From positions 15,190,001-15,254,000 of the forward strand of contig OZ024763.1 of NCBI GenBank assembly GCA_964016885.1: 64,000 bases of DNA, read 5' to 3'. The DNA comes from Eledone cirrhosa. Lineage: Eukaryota. The number at the start of each line of letters is the position of its first letter. Position 1 is the first letter of the stretch. The position numbers and the translations under genes were made by a program. Below are positions 14,373 to 27,082 of the stretch, piece by piece. The notes under the pieces are model-generated. The model was not told the DNA's origin and did not search any database. It worked only from the letters and a program-made list of their open reading frames with translations.

Positions 14373-14493
14373 AACATATACATACACACAAATAAACACA
14401 CACATATTCATATGTGTGTTTGTATGTGTGTGTGTGTGTATATACAGACATATATATACATAAACAAACAGGCACATATATATATATACATAT

Positions 14494-14543
14494 GTTTCAG
14501 AAGATCCCGTAAAGGGGTGAAAGCAGCGATTCTTTGCTTAAAC
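14494..14543 (+). ncRNA. Hammerhead variant (U4A core, CUU site)
   Basis: GTTT-CAGAAGA-tcccgtaaaggggt-GAAA-gca..tgc-TT-AAAC. Confidence 0.6.
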
Positions 14544-14583
14544 TTTAATCTGTACATATAAATATTTGCTCTATGGGTTTTTA

Positions 14584-15355
14584 TCATCATCATCATCATC
14601 ATCACCGTTTTACGTCCGTTCTTCCACGCTAGCATGGGTTAGACGGGTTGTCCTGTTGTGGGCAGAGTCTGGTCGGCTGACCATGCCTTGCTCATACAGG
14701 AACTGATTTGGCTTGATTTCTACAGCTGGATGCCCTTCCTAACACCAACCTCATTTACAGTGAGTGCTGGGTGCTTTTTCGTGGCGCCTACACGTCTACT
14801 TTACAGTGTGGGCTGCGTGCTTTTTTGCCGTGGCACCTCCACGACCACCTTGCAGTGGGAGGGTGTGGGGGCATATTGTCTATATGCTTCAGCTTGTACC
14901 CATGGGAGGTCGGGTACTCTGTATTACTGCGTGACGCCAGAGGTCACAGTCGTGTGTCATCGCCTTTGAGAGGTGTAATTGGGTAAGGTCGGCTTTTATC
15001 ACCTCATCCCAGGTCATCTTGGGTCTCCCCACTCCGCGGTTTCCATCGACTTCTAGTGCTCTACACCCTTTTATGAAGCTGTCATCCTTCACACGCATCA
15101 CATGTCCAAACCAACGCAACTGCCTTTCCTGCACACAGCATTTGATTCCTCTTATGCTCAGTCTCTCTCTCAATTCATTTATGCTTTGTAGTTCGCGTAT
15201 ATTACTGTTACACATCCATCGGAGCATGCAGGCTTCGTTTCTCTCTAATCTACGTAAGTCTTCCACCTTCAGCACCCAGGTCTCACTACCATGTAACATT
15301 GCTGTTCGGATACACGCATAATACAGTCTGCCTTTCATTTTGAGGGAGAAGCCTT
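14584..15355 (-). mobile_element. RTE LINE 3' fragment with 3' UTR and tail
   Basis: ORF MKGRLYYACIRTAMLHGSETW..LRWFGHVMR..GRPKMTW followed by SINE-like UTR and (TGA)n. Confidence 0.92.
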
Positions 15356-15463
15356 TTTATATATATATATATATATTTTCTATATATATATATAATCTTT
15401 ATCGAGCCCTCTTCGAATTTTAGTCTTCACATTTTTTTTATTAATATTACTATACATATATAT

Positions 15464-15778
15464 ATCATCATCATTTTAAGTCTGCTTTTCCCTGCTAGCA
15501 AGGTGGGATAGGTCCTCTTCAGCACAGCATCTCTCCATTTGTCACGGCCCTTCGTCATCTCCTCTGTGAGCTTCAAGGATCTGAGGTCAGCTCTCACCAC
15601 CTCCAGCCATGTTTCTCGTGGTCTTCCTCTACTGCGACTTCCTTCCACTGGGTTTTCTTGGCACTTCTTCACCCAGCAGTCATCCTCCATGCACATCACA
15701 CAGCCATACCAATGCAGTCTTCTCTCCCGCACACTACAACTTATTCTTCTTATACACAGTTTCACTCTCAACTCATCC

Positions 15779-15780
<2 letters not shown>
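15464..15780 (-). mobile_element. RTE LINE 3' end, second family
   Basis: RERRLHWYGCVM..RGRPRETW, short tail ending in (TGA)n. Confidence 0.88.
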
Positions 15781-15821
<41 letters not shown>

Positions 15822-15822
<1 letters not shown>

Positions 15823-16200
15823 AGGGGGTGTAACTTGGAGTTACTGCAGGTTCACCCTTATAGCATTTTAAAGGGTCCGTCGAGCTGCCGATCATTGAGT
15901 CGGGTAGGATCGATACAGATTAAACCTTGAGCTGATCAGTGGCAAAACGCGCGTCACCTACCGATAAATGTAATGAAGGAGTAACCAATCGTCCTTGTTA
16001 TCCTTTCAATATATTTCTAAGGTAAAATTCCCGAGATCCATGGACGAGTTCTCTCCAGCGGTCTCTGTCCCTCATTATCGCTGCCATGTCCTGCGTCTCC
16101 AACAGACCAGTGTCTGTCCTGAGGGCATCAACATACGTTAACCTTGGTCTTCCTCTTCTAGTGTGTCCATGTAGGGGCTCCCAAAGGAGCACTGAGTACA
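15822..16200 (-). mobile_element. RTE-type LINE 3' end, third family
   Basis: VLLWEPLHGHTRRGRPRLTYVD..DRDRWRELV. Confidence 0.75.
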
Positions 16201-16583
16201 ATGTCAATATATGTTTCATATGTGGGGTTACATAACTGACAGGTGTGGTGGAGGCAATTGAAAGGACTGTACACTAGTGTCCAGGTTGTGATGAGAGCAA
16301 CATTTGAGGGGGGGTGGGGGGGGGGGGTGAAATTACACAGTTGAGAGGAGTTGTGAAGGGCAATGTACTAATTAGGGGGTTGTGACAAAGCCTATGAATA
16401 AAGGGTTTGTTTATTAAAGCTGGACACAGTGAGCTTTTGTCCAGAATATACTGAAGATTTTATTACTGTCTAACTACAAATATCAGTTTGTGTTGAGTGT
16501 ATCTGTGTGTGTGTGTGTGTGTGTGTACTATACACTCGCACATATACATTGATGTATATATATATTGGCAGTATATACTACAT

Positions 16584-16640
<57 letters not shown>

Positions 16641-16778
16641 GAAACATGTATATATAAACACACACAGATACATACATATATAAACACATATATATCAGGT
16701 GTCCCAAAAAAGTGTAAACACATTTTGATTAGAATGCTGTTGAGGTGTGTATACATAGTTTGGGGACACCCTGTATAT

Positions 16779-16820
<42 letters not shown>

Positions 16821-16867
16821 TGATGCTGCTGTATAACATAGTGTGAGATAATGAGATTAGGACTCTA

Positions 16868-17960
16868 ACCACCACCACTACTACCACCACCACAACCATC
16901 CCACCACCACCACCACCACAACCATCCCACCACCACAACCATCCCACTACTACCACCACAACAACTATCCCACTACCACCACCACTACCACCACCACAAC
17001 CATCCCACTACCACTACCACCAACAATAACAGTATCACTACCGCCACCACCATCTTCATACCACCACTACCACCACCACTACTACCACCACAACCATCCC
17101 ACTACCACTACCATTACCACCAACAATAACAGTATCACTACCGCCACCACCATCTTCATACCACCACTACTACCACCACCACCACCACTACAACTACCAC
17201 CATCTTCATCCCACCACCACTACTACCACCACAACCATCCCACTACCACTACCATTACCACCAACAATAACAGTATCACTACCGCCACCACCATCTTCAT
17301 ACCACCACTACTACCACCACCACCACCACTACAACTACCACCATCTTCATCCCACCACCACTACTACCACCACAACCATCCCACTACCACTACCATTACC
17401 ACCAACAATAACAGTATCACTACCGCCACCACCATCTTCATACCACCACTACCACCACCACAACCATCCCACTACCACTACCACCAACAACAACAGTATC
17501 ACTACCGCCACCACCATCTTCATACCACCACTACCACCACCACCACCATCCCACTACCACCATCTTCATCCCACCACTACAACTACCAACAACAACAGTA
17601 ACACTACCACCACAACCATCCCACTACCACCACCACTACCACCACCACCACCACTACCACCACCACAACTATCCCACTACCACTACCATTACCACCAACA
17701 ATAACAGTATCACTACCGCCACCACCATCTTCATACCACCACTACCACCACCACCACCACTACAACTACCAACAACAACAGTAACACTACCGCCACTACC
17801 ACAACGACCACCACTTCATCATCAAACAACTACAGTCACCACCACTATCACCATCATCATCATCATCATCATCCCACTACTACCACTACTATCAACACCA
17901 TCATCATCACCACCGCCATCAAACTATCACCCCCACCCCCACCGCCACCATTACACCCCC
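16868..17960. repeat. (ACC/ACT)n compound trinucleotide repeat
   Basis: accaccactact-based array with repeated aacagtatcactaccgcc blocks. Confidence 0.9.
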
Positions 17961-18121
17961 CCCCCCCCACCATGCTACCATCCCTAGTTCTCACACCAAC
18001 TCTCCATGCAACAGATAAGACAACTTATCTGTTTACATGGATGTAAACACATTAGACTTCTTGTGGTGGTGGTGGTGGTGGTGGGGTCAAAGTGTATGTA
18101 TATATGTATATATATATATAC

Positions 18122-18163
<42 letters not shown>

Positions 18164-18218
18164 TTTGATATATAAATGAATGATATTAATAAATGGAAAC
18201 TATATTTATAAAATATAG

Positions 18219-18569
18219 TGGAGGCACATGGCGTAGTGGTTAGAGCATTGGCCTTGCAATTGAAAGGTTGTGAGTTCAATTCTCAGACCGGGTTATGTGT
18301 TGTTTCCTTGAGCAAGACACTTTATTTCACATTGCTCCAGTTTACTCAGATAGGGGTCCCTATCATTCCACTGCAAAAAGCACCCAGCCCACACTGTAAA
18401 GTGGACGTGTAGGCGCCACGGAAAAAAAAGCACCCAGCACTCACTGTAAATGAGGTTGGTGTTAGGAAGGGCATCCAGCTGTAGAAATCAAGCCAGAATC
18501 AGTTCCCGTCCCACCCTTGCAAGCAGGGAAAAGCGGACGTAAAATGAAATGATGATGATGATGATGATG
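18219..18569 (+). mobile_element. Full-length tRNA-derived CORE-like SINE with RTE-type tail
   Basis: A box TGGCGTAGTGG, B box GAGTTCAATTC, CORE-like ccttgagcaagacactt, tail ending (TGA)n. Confidence 0.9.
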
Positions 18570-19054
18570 CACGGGAGTAGAATAGAAAGATGTGTTTTTC
18601 TGCCTGCAGCATATCACAAAATCAGATTTTCAGCTGAGGATACTGTTGTCATAACAACAACAAATGCATAAATTACATCTTGGGTTGCATAAGAGAACCG
18701 TTGAAATAATTATGAATAATCGATTCATGTAACATCTGCATTTTTCTTAATGTTATTCTGATATATATATATATATATATAATTGAATATATGAGAGAGA
18801 TGAACACCAATATAAGTATACATATGTTCCGATTGTAAATAACCAAGTTATCTAGGTTGAAAAATATTAATTTAAAACAATATGGTTTACCTGACTCGAT
18901 TTAACATAATAAATCAATAAAAATAACAAACCTATATCGGGCAACAGCCTTTGATACCCAGACAGGCCTAAATCTGTTTTGCAAGAATTATTAAGTGAAA
19001 GCCACCATTCCTGTGCTCTTCTGCGGGTATCCAGAAAATGGTGGCTTTCATTGA

Positions 19055-19232
19055 ATTTTCTACTTTTTAGGCACAAGGCCAGCAATTACCCAGTGCATTA
19101 CTGGTACTTTATTTTATCGACCCCCGTAAGGATGAAAGGCAAAGCCAACCTCGGCGGGATTTGAACTCAGATCATAAAGGGACGTAACTATGCTGGAAAG
19201 CATGGCGTCCGACCCTCTACCGATACTGCCAA
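19055..19232 (-). mobile_element. Third tRNA-SINE family (pieces also 27460-27520, 44607-44670, 47596-47849)
   Basis: B box GAGTTCAAATCCCGCC, body ctttgcctttcatcct..gtcgataaaataaagtaccagt. Confidence 0.75.
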
Positions 19233-19494
19233 TAATAATTCTTGCGAAACAGATTTAGGTCTGTCTGGGTATCAAAGGCTGTTGCCCGATATAGGTTTGT
19301 TATTTTTATTGATTTATTACTTTAAATCGAGTCAGGCAAACCAAATTGTTTTAAGTTAGTATTTTTTCAACCTAACTAACTTGGTCATTTGCAATTGGAA
19401 CACATGTATACAATTATATTACACGGCTCAGAAAGATTCCCTTCTTTCAGCTATTTAATTGTAAAAGACTATTTTGAGTTTCTAACTCAATCTA

Positions 19495-19534
<40 letters not shown>

Positions 19535-19545
19535 TTAATATAGAA

Positions 19546-19598
19546 GAGATTCTACAGGACTAGAACTGTTTCATTCTTTAGAAATCATCAGGAATCTC
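19546..19598 (-). ncRNA. Type-I hammerhead ribozyme motif
   Basis: GAGATTC-CTGATGA-tttctaaagaat-GAAA-cag ttctagtc ctg-TA-GAATCTC; perfect 7-bp stem I, GUA site. Confidence 0.85.
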
Positions 19599-19865
19599 AT
19601 TCTAAAGAATGAAACAGTTCTAGTCCTGTAGAATCTCTTCTATATTAAAACTTTTATACTCTGCTATGTATTGAGTACCTTATTAACTGTGGTTACCTCC
19701 AATTCAACCCGGAATAACGTATATATATATATATATGCAAAGTTTTATTTAAATTGTTGGGTTACAACGAGTAAATATTTATAACTGATATAAAAGCACT
19801 CAACAAGTATTTGGAGTATATTTACGATATTAAATAAATGGAAACTATATTTATAAAACCATATT

Positions 19866-19931
19866 TATTTCATTATATATATTTCAGGGATATCATATTA
19901 AAAATATGGTATGCCTTCATCAGACAAAATA
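19866..19931 (-). ncRNA. Type-I hammerhead motif, left arm of palindrome
   Basis: Reverse complement of 20303-20368. Confidence 0.8.
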
Positions 19932-20040
19932 CAATATAAACAGTCTTATAAATAGATAGATTTGACATACCTTACACTTCAACTTCCATTTAAAAAGTTG
20001 ATTTGGTAGTGAAAAATGTTAGGGACAGTTATAGAGAGAG

Positions 20041-20071
<31 letters not shown>

Positions 20072-20302
20072 AAGAAAGAAAGCGAAGAAAAAAGAAGAAA
20101 TGCATGCAACGAAAAACAGAGAGAGATAGATATAGAGAGATAGATAGAGAGAAGAAATTCATGTAAAGAAAAACAGAGAGAGATAGATAGAGAGAGAAAA
20201 TATAACTGTCCCTAACATTTTTCACGACCAAATCAACTTTTTAAATGGAAGTTGAAGTGTAAGGTATGTCAAATCTATCTATTTATAAGACTGTTTATAT
20301 TG

Positions 20303-20368
20303 TATTTTGTCTGATGAAGGCATACCATATTTTTAATATGATATCCCTGAAATATATATAATGAAATA
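20303..20368 (+). ncRNA. Type-I hammerhead motif, right arm of palindrome
   Basis: TATTTTGT-CTGATGA-agg..cct-GAAA-tatata-TA-ATGAAATA. Confidence 0.8.
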
Positions 20369-21249
20369 AATATAGTTTTATAAATATAGTTTCCATTTAT
20401 TTAATATCGTATATATATATATATATATATTTAAATAAACGAGGTATCGTATAAGGTAATCCAAGTAGAGGTTATGAGTAAACTGTACAGTGCATGATTC
20501 TAAAGCTCATTCAGTATCACTGTTTAATGTCTATTTTCCATGCTTGCATAAGTATGTGGAGCTGTCACAAATGGACATGAGACAGGTCAGGTGGCCATAT
20601 CATCTGTCTAGCTTGGTTTTCAATGTCTGGAGGACATTCCTAATGACAAACTGCCTTACAGCATGGACTGGGTTCATTCTTTGATGACACCAACAGTACC
20701 ATCTTATAGAGGTGACTAAGGGCATTATAAATTTGGCAAAAGCATATGAGAGAGAGAGAGAGAGTGTGAGTGTGAGTGTGAGTGTGTAATGAAGGAATTG
20801 TGGCAAGGAACCAGATGGACCATAACGCACCAAAGTACTCAATACTTAGTGTAGTAGAGTGGGTAATAGGAACAAGTGTGACCCCGACGGCAGAGCTCAA
20901 GCCGTTTTGACGGCTAATTCTGGATATTTAATGTAGAAAGGCTTCTACAGGACTAGAACTGTTTCATTCCGGAGAAATCATCAGGGCTTCCTGATGATTA
21001 AATATTTATACTCTGCTTTGTATTGAGTACCTTACTTACTGTGGTTACCCCCGATTGAACCTGGGATAAACATATATATATATATAAAGTTAACACATAA
21101 ACTTTATATATATAAATATAAAGTTAACACATCTTACGTTAACTATTTTTCCCATTTTGACGCTATAGTCACTTATATATATTATGGAATACTGTTGGCT
21201 TTTTGCTACAATATTTTCTATACCTTTCCTTTCATTTATATATATATAT

Positions 21250-21550
21250 CATCATCATTTCATCATCATTTCATTTTACGTCCGCTTTTCCCTGCTTGCA
21301 AGGGTGGGACGGGAACTGATTCTGGCTTGATTTCTACAGCTGGATACCCTTCCTAACACCAACCTCATTTACAGTGAGTGCTGGGTGCTTTTTTGCCGTG
21401 GCACCTCCACGACCACTCTACAGCTGAGTAAACTGGAGCAATGTGAAATAAAGTGTCTTGCTCAAGGAAACAACATCACCCGGTCTGAGAATTGAACTCA
21501 CAACCTTTTGATTGCAAGGCCAATGCTCTAACCACTAAGCCATGTGCCTC
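21250..21550 (-). mobile_element. tRNA-SINE
   Basis: Reverse complement of the 18219 family. Confidence 0.88.
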
Positions 21551-21555
21551 TATAT

Positions 21556-21591
<36 letters not shown>

Positions 21592-22506
21592 AGAGAGAGA
21601 GGGAGAGAGAATAGGAAGTAAGATTTGTAGCTTATTATGAAACTTTATTGTATATTACAACTGTGTTGATATCGATCAGCTCGGGTTTGATCTGGAGATT
21701 GGATCCAGACTCATAATTGACAACCCCTCAGATATGAGATTTTACATGGTTGGTCCCATCCAAACTGTTCACAAATGTCTCATATTCGTTTTATATATAC
21801 GTTATATATAGTGAATAGTTAGTGCCCAAAGTCCGAGCCAGGTATTAACTTTTCACTATACACACTCTACTTTCCCAAGTATAAAGTAGTTAGCTCAAAC
21901 ATGGTCTTACTAGTCTAAACTGGTAACTCCCAATCTATATATATATATAGTAATAATAATAATAAATTTGAAGACTAAAATCCAAAGAGGTCTCAATAAG
22001 GATCAATATATATATCAAATATATAAGAACCGTAGAGCAATTAATCTGTTATTTTAATAAATATATATATAGAGAGATATATACCAATAATGAAAACCTT
22101 GTTTCCTCCTAACACAAGTGGTTCCACAAGTATATCACCATCAAAGACTTTGAAAGGGATCTGTGTCCTTAATAAAACCTCATAGAAGCCAATGGAACAC
22201 AACCTTAGATAGACACAAGCATGGTTGTGTACTTAAGGAATTTATTCTACAACCCTAGGATCCTGGGTTCAGTCCCACAACAAGAAACCTTAGGCAAATG
22301 TCTACTATTTTTTCCTTGGTTTGACCAATGCCATGTCAGTGGATTTTGGTAGATGGAAACTGCAGAAGGTTGCTGTATGTGTGTATGTGTATGTGATCAT
22401 TTGTGTATGTGTGTGTGTGTGTATGTGTATGTGATCATTTGTGTATGTGTGTGTGTGTGTATGTGTATGTGATCATTTGTGTATCTATGTGTTTACACAT
22501 GTGAAT

Positions 22507-22543
<37 letters not shown>

Positions 22544-22777
22544 CATGTGTGTATCTGTATGTGTTAACGCATGTGAGTGTGTATGTGTTTATACATGTGA
22601 ATGTATGTGTATGTGTGTGTGTGAGCACGTGTGTATCTGTATGTGTTTACGAATGTGAGTGTGTATGTGTGTGTGAGCACGTGTGTATCTGTATGTGTTT
22701 ATGCATGTGAGTGTATATGTGTGAGCATGTGTGTATGTGTGTGCATGTGTCTATGTGTGTGTGTGTGTGTGTGTGTG

Positions 22778-22825
<48 letters not shown>

Positions 22826-23049
22826 AGAGTGTTTATGTCAAACTTTACAACCTCTAACTTAGTGGTTCAACAAATTAAGATTGATAAAATAAGCCCCATA
22901 CATTGATAAGATCAACTAAATTTATACAGTGCCCCAGCATGGCCATGGTCTACTGACTGAAATCAGTGAAAGAAATTCAGTGCTTTGTGATTGCCTCAAA
23001 CAACTCGATTAGTACTGCTATATTGCAGCTACAACTTTGATTCATACCC

Positions 23050-23525
23050 AAAAAGCACCCAGCCCACACTGTAAATGAGGTTGTGTAGGTGTCACAGCAA
23101 AAACTACCTAGCCCACACTGTAAATGAGGTTGTGTAGGTGTCACGGCAAAAACTACCTAGCCCACACTGTAAATGAGGTTGTGTAGGTGTCACGGCAAAA
23201 ACTACCTAGCCCACACTGTAAATGAGGTTGTGTAGGTGTCACGGCAAAAACTACCTAGCCCACACTGTAAATGAGGTTGTGTAGGCATCATGACAAAAAC
23301 TACCCAGCCCACACTGTAAATGAGGTTGTGTAGGTGTCACAGCAAAAACTACCCAGCCCACACTGTAAATGAGGTTGTGTAGGTGTCACAGCAAAAACTA
23401 CCCAGCCCACACTGTAAATGAGGTTGTGTAGGTGTCACAGCAAAAATTACCCAGCCCACACTCTAAATGAGGTTGTGTAGGTGTCATGGCAAAAAGCACC
23501 CAGTACTTACAGTAAATGAGGTTGG
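23050..23525. repeat. 49-bp SINE-derived minisatellite
   Basis: aaaaactacccagcccacactgtaaatgaggttgtgtaggtgtcacagc, continuing into a SINE tail. Confidence 0.92.
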
Positions 23526-23676
23526 CACTAAGAAGGTCATCCAGCTGTAGAAACCAAGCCAAAATAGGTTCTGCACAAGCAAGACATGGTCATCTGACCT
23601 AATATTGCTTGCAACAGGATAACTCGTCTAACTCATGCCAGCATGGAAAAATAGACCTTAAACAGAGGATGATGAT

Positions 23677-23716
<40 letters not shown>

Positions 23717-24544
23717 CACGTGTGTATAATGGTAGCTATGGTGATTCCATAGGCGGTATGCCAAAATTAGCAGTCAATATTCATACAGAGCAGATTGTGA
23801 ATAGTATAAAAAAACGAAAAATCAGTGATGCATCTGGACTCAGTTTATTGCGTGTTACAATTGTTTCACCAGCAGGCAGCTCGAGACATGGTCACTGTAT
23901 GGATCTGGCTGATTCCACGGCTGCAGGTTCCTTCGGACACAGGCAATTTGTTCGGAGCAAATTTTCGTTTTTTTATACTATATATATATATTGAACATGC
24001 CTTACAACAAACAAGACAAACTTCTACAACGTTGGTGCCATGATAAATTACACGAAGTACACTCTATAATGTGTAACATGCCAAGTCAAGGTTCTGCCTG
24101 CTACTGGTACCATGTAACTCAGCACAACTCTGCTTCATGATCAAGTGGTCGACGACTAAACCAGCTCCCCCACCAGACCCTGGTCTTGGGAGGAGGGTAA
24201 GTAGAATTGCAGCAGCAGAAAAAGACAAGAGCTGTTAAAAGGGTGGATGAACTCCTCAGAGTTAACGGCCATCCACTCGAACTATGGTTTAAATAGCCTC
24301 ACCAACCTGCAATTGGCCAAGCTTGGTGGTGAGTACAGCTACACCCCTGGCATGACCAAAACTAACCAGAAAGAGGTGGAAGTCAACCAGGGAGGGGCTC
24401 CCCCGACAGGAACGAGAAGGCCTTGAATTGGATTGCACACACTGTAACATAGTCGATATAAGGAAGGGCCATCCCAGCACAGAAAGCTTGCTAAACAAAA
24501 TTTTGGGAGCATTCTTCAGTTGTGTCAAGGACATAACACCCTCA

Positions 24545-25425
24545 CTAGTACTGGTGCTATGATAGATTACACCCAGTCCCCTCTGTAAACTGGTTGGTGT
24601 TAGGAAGAACAACCAGTCATAAAAAACGAGCAAAACAAAATGTTTAGAGGTCTTTTCAGTTTTGTCAAGGATATAACCTGTATAGTGCTGGTGCTATGAT
24701 AGATTACACCCAGTACCCTCTGTAAACTGGTTGGTGTTAGGAAGAACAACCAGTCATAAAAAACGAGCAAAACAAAATGTTTAGAGGTCTTTTCAGTTTT
24801 GTCAAGGATATAACCTGTATAGTGCTGGTGCTATGATAGATTACACCCAGTACACTCTGTAAAGTGGTTGGTGTTAGGAAGAACAACCAGTCATAAAAAA
24901 CGAGCAAAACAAAATGTTTAGAGGTCTTTTCAGTTTTGTCAAGGATATAACCTGTATAGTGCTGGTGCTATGATAGATTACACCCAGTACACTCTGTAAA
25001 CTGGTTGGTGTTAGGAAGAACAACCAGTCATAAAAAACGAGCAAAACAAAATGTTTAGAGGTCTTTTCAGTTTTGTCAAGGATATAACCTGTATAGTGCT
25101 GGTGCTATGATAGATTACACCCAGTACACTCTGTAAACTGGTTGGTGTTAGGAAGAACAACCAGTCATAAAAAACGAGCAAAACAAAATGTTTAGAGGTC
25201 TTTTCAGTTTTGTCAAGGATATAACCTGTATAGTGCTGGTGCTATGATAGATTACACCCAGTACACTCTGTAAAGTGGTTGGTGTTAGGAAGAACAACAA
25301 GTCATAAAAAACGAGCAAAACAAAATGTTTAGAGGTCTTTTCAGTTTTGTCAAGGATATAACCTGTATAGTGCTGGTGCTATGATAGATTACACCCAGTA
25401 CACTCTGTAAATTTATTGGTGTTAG
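24545..25425. repeat. 137-bp minisatellite, ~6.5 copies
   Basis: Period 24590 to 24727; includes SINE-tail-like cacccagtacactctgtaaactggttggtgttaggaag. Confidence 0.92.
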
Positions 25426-25746
25426 ACAGAGTAGATTACTGTCAAAATTATGCCAAATGTTCAATGTAAGAAAGTTATGACCGCCCCACCCCCAGCTACT
25501 AACCCACTCTCACTTCCCCTGACTCATATGAGAGGATATTAACCATTTCAGACCAGCTTCATTAAATATATATATATGTGTATGTATGTATGTGTGTGTG
25601 TGTATGTATATATATACATATATGTATATATATATACACACACACACACACATTCAGTTTATTCTGTTGGTATATCTCTCAATTTGACACCATCTGCTGA
25701 GGAGTCGAGGACATGGGAGACAGCTGCCAATGTATGTATAAAGGTC

Positions 25747-25792
<46 letters not shown>

Positions 25793-25882
25793 TGGGATCA
25801 GTGTAAGTATATTTATGTGCATGTGTTATCATTTTACATCATGCCCATATTTGCATGCGTTGGACCATATATAAATATATAC

Positions 25883-25943
<61 letters not shown>

Positions 25944-26100
25944 CATGTATATATGAATATATATATAGTTATGTATGTAATAAACAACATAAGATAATTA
26001 TTTCATTTACCAAAGGTTTCATGAAGTCCGACGAGCGTGACTCAGACGTCTGACTTTGGTGGTGAGAATGAAAATTTATTTTAAATGGATGTCTATAAAT

Positions 26101-26173
26101 TTTCATTCTGACGACCGAAGTCAGACGTTTGTGTCAGGCTCGTATGTCTTTGTGAAACCTTTGGTAAATGAAA
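26101..26173 (+). ncRNA. Type-I hammerhead ribozyme motif
   Basis: TTTCATT-CTGACGA-long imperfect stem II-GAAA-cc ttt gg-TA-AATGAAA. Confidence 0.7.
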
Positions 26174-26644
26174 TAATTATCTTATGTTGTTTATTACATA
26201 ACTAAAAAGCTCTGTAGCCTACATTGAGCACTCTCTTTTCCTTTACCTTTCCTACGGAAACACTTCATAGGCGATGACACACGACCGTGACTTCTGGCGT
26301 CACGCAGTAATACAGAGTACCCGACCTCCCATGGGTACAAGCTGAAGCATATAGACAATATTCCCCCACACCCCCTACTGCAAGGTGGTTGTGGAGGTGC
26401 CACTGCAAAAAAGCACCCAGCCCACATTGTAAAAGTGGACGTGTTGGCGCCACGAAAAAGTACCCAGCACTCACTGTAAATGAGGTTGATGTTAGGAAGG
26501 GCATCCAGCTGTAGAAATCAAGCCAAATCAGTTCCTGTATGAGCAAGGCATGGTCAGCCGACCAGACACTGCCCACAACGGGACAACCCGCCTAACCCAT
26601 GCTAGCGTGGAAGAACGGACGTAAAACGGTGATGATGATGATGA

Positions 26645-26681
<37 letters not shown>

Positions 26682-26714
26682 TTTTCCGTAGGAAAGGTGT
26701 ATATATATATATAT

Positions 26715-27047
26715 CATTTCATCATCATCATTTCATTTTACATCCGCTTTTTCCCTGCTTGCAAGGGTGAGACGGGAACTGATTCTGGCTTGATTTCTAC
26801 AGCTGGATGCCCTTCCTAACACCAACCTCATTTACAGTGAGTGCTGGGTGGTTGTTTGCCGTGGCACCTCCACGGCCACTTTGCAGTGGAATGATAGGGA
26901 CCCCAGTCCCTATCATCTCATTTCTACAGCTGAGTAAACTGGAGCAATGTGAAATAAAGTGTCTTGTTCAAGGAAACAACACATCACCCGGTCTGAGAAT
27001 TGAACTCACAACCTTTCGATTGCAAGGCCAATGCTCTAACCACTAAG

Positions 27048-27048
<1 letters not shown>
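26715..27048 (-). mobile_element. tRNA-SINE
   Basis: Reverse complement of the 18219 family. Confidence 0.85.

Positions 27049-27082
<34 letters not shown>

Noticed and set aside
18219-18295. tRNA gene
   Set aside because: Poor cloverleaf pairing; continues into SINE body and is multi-copy.
23722-24430. Unique-looking GC-richer stretch with short ORFs
   Set aside because: No recognisable protein or RNA motif; possibly a transposon UTR but unsupported.
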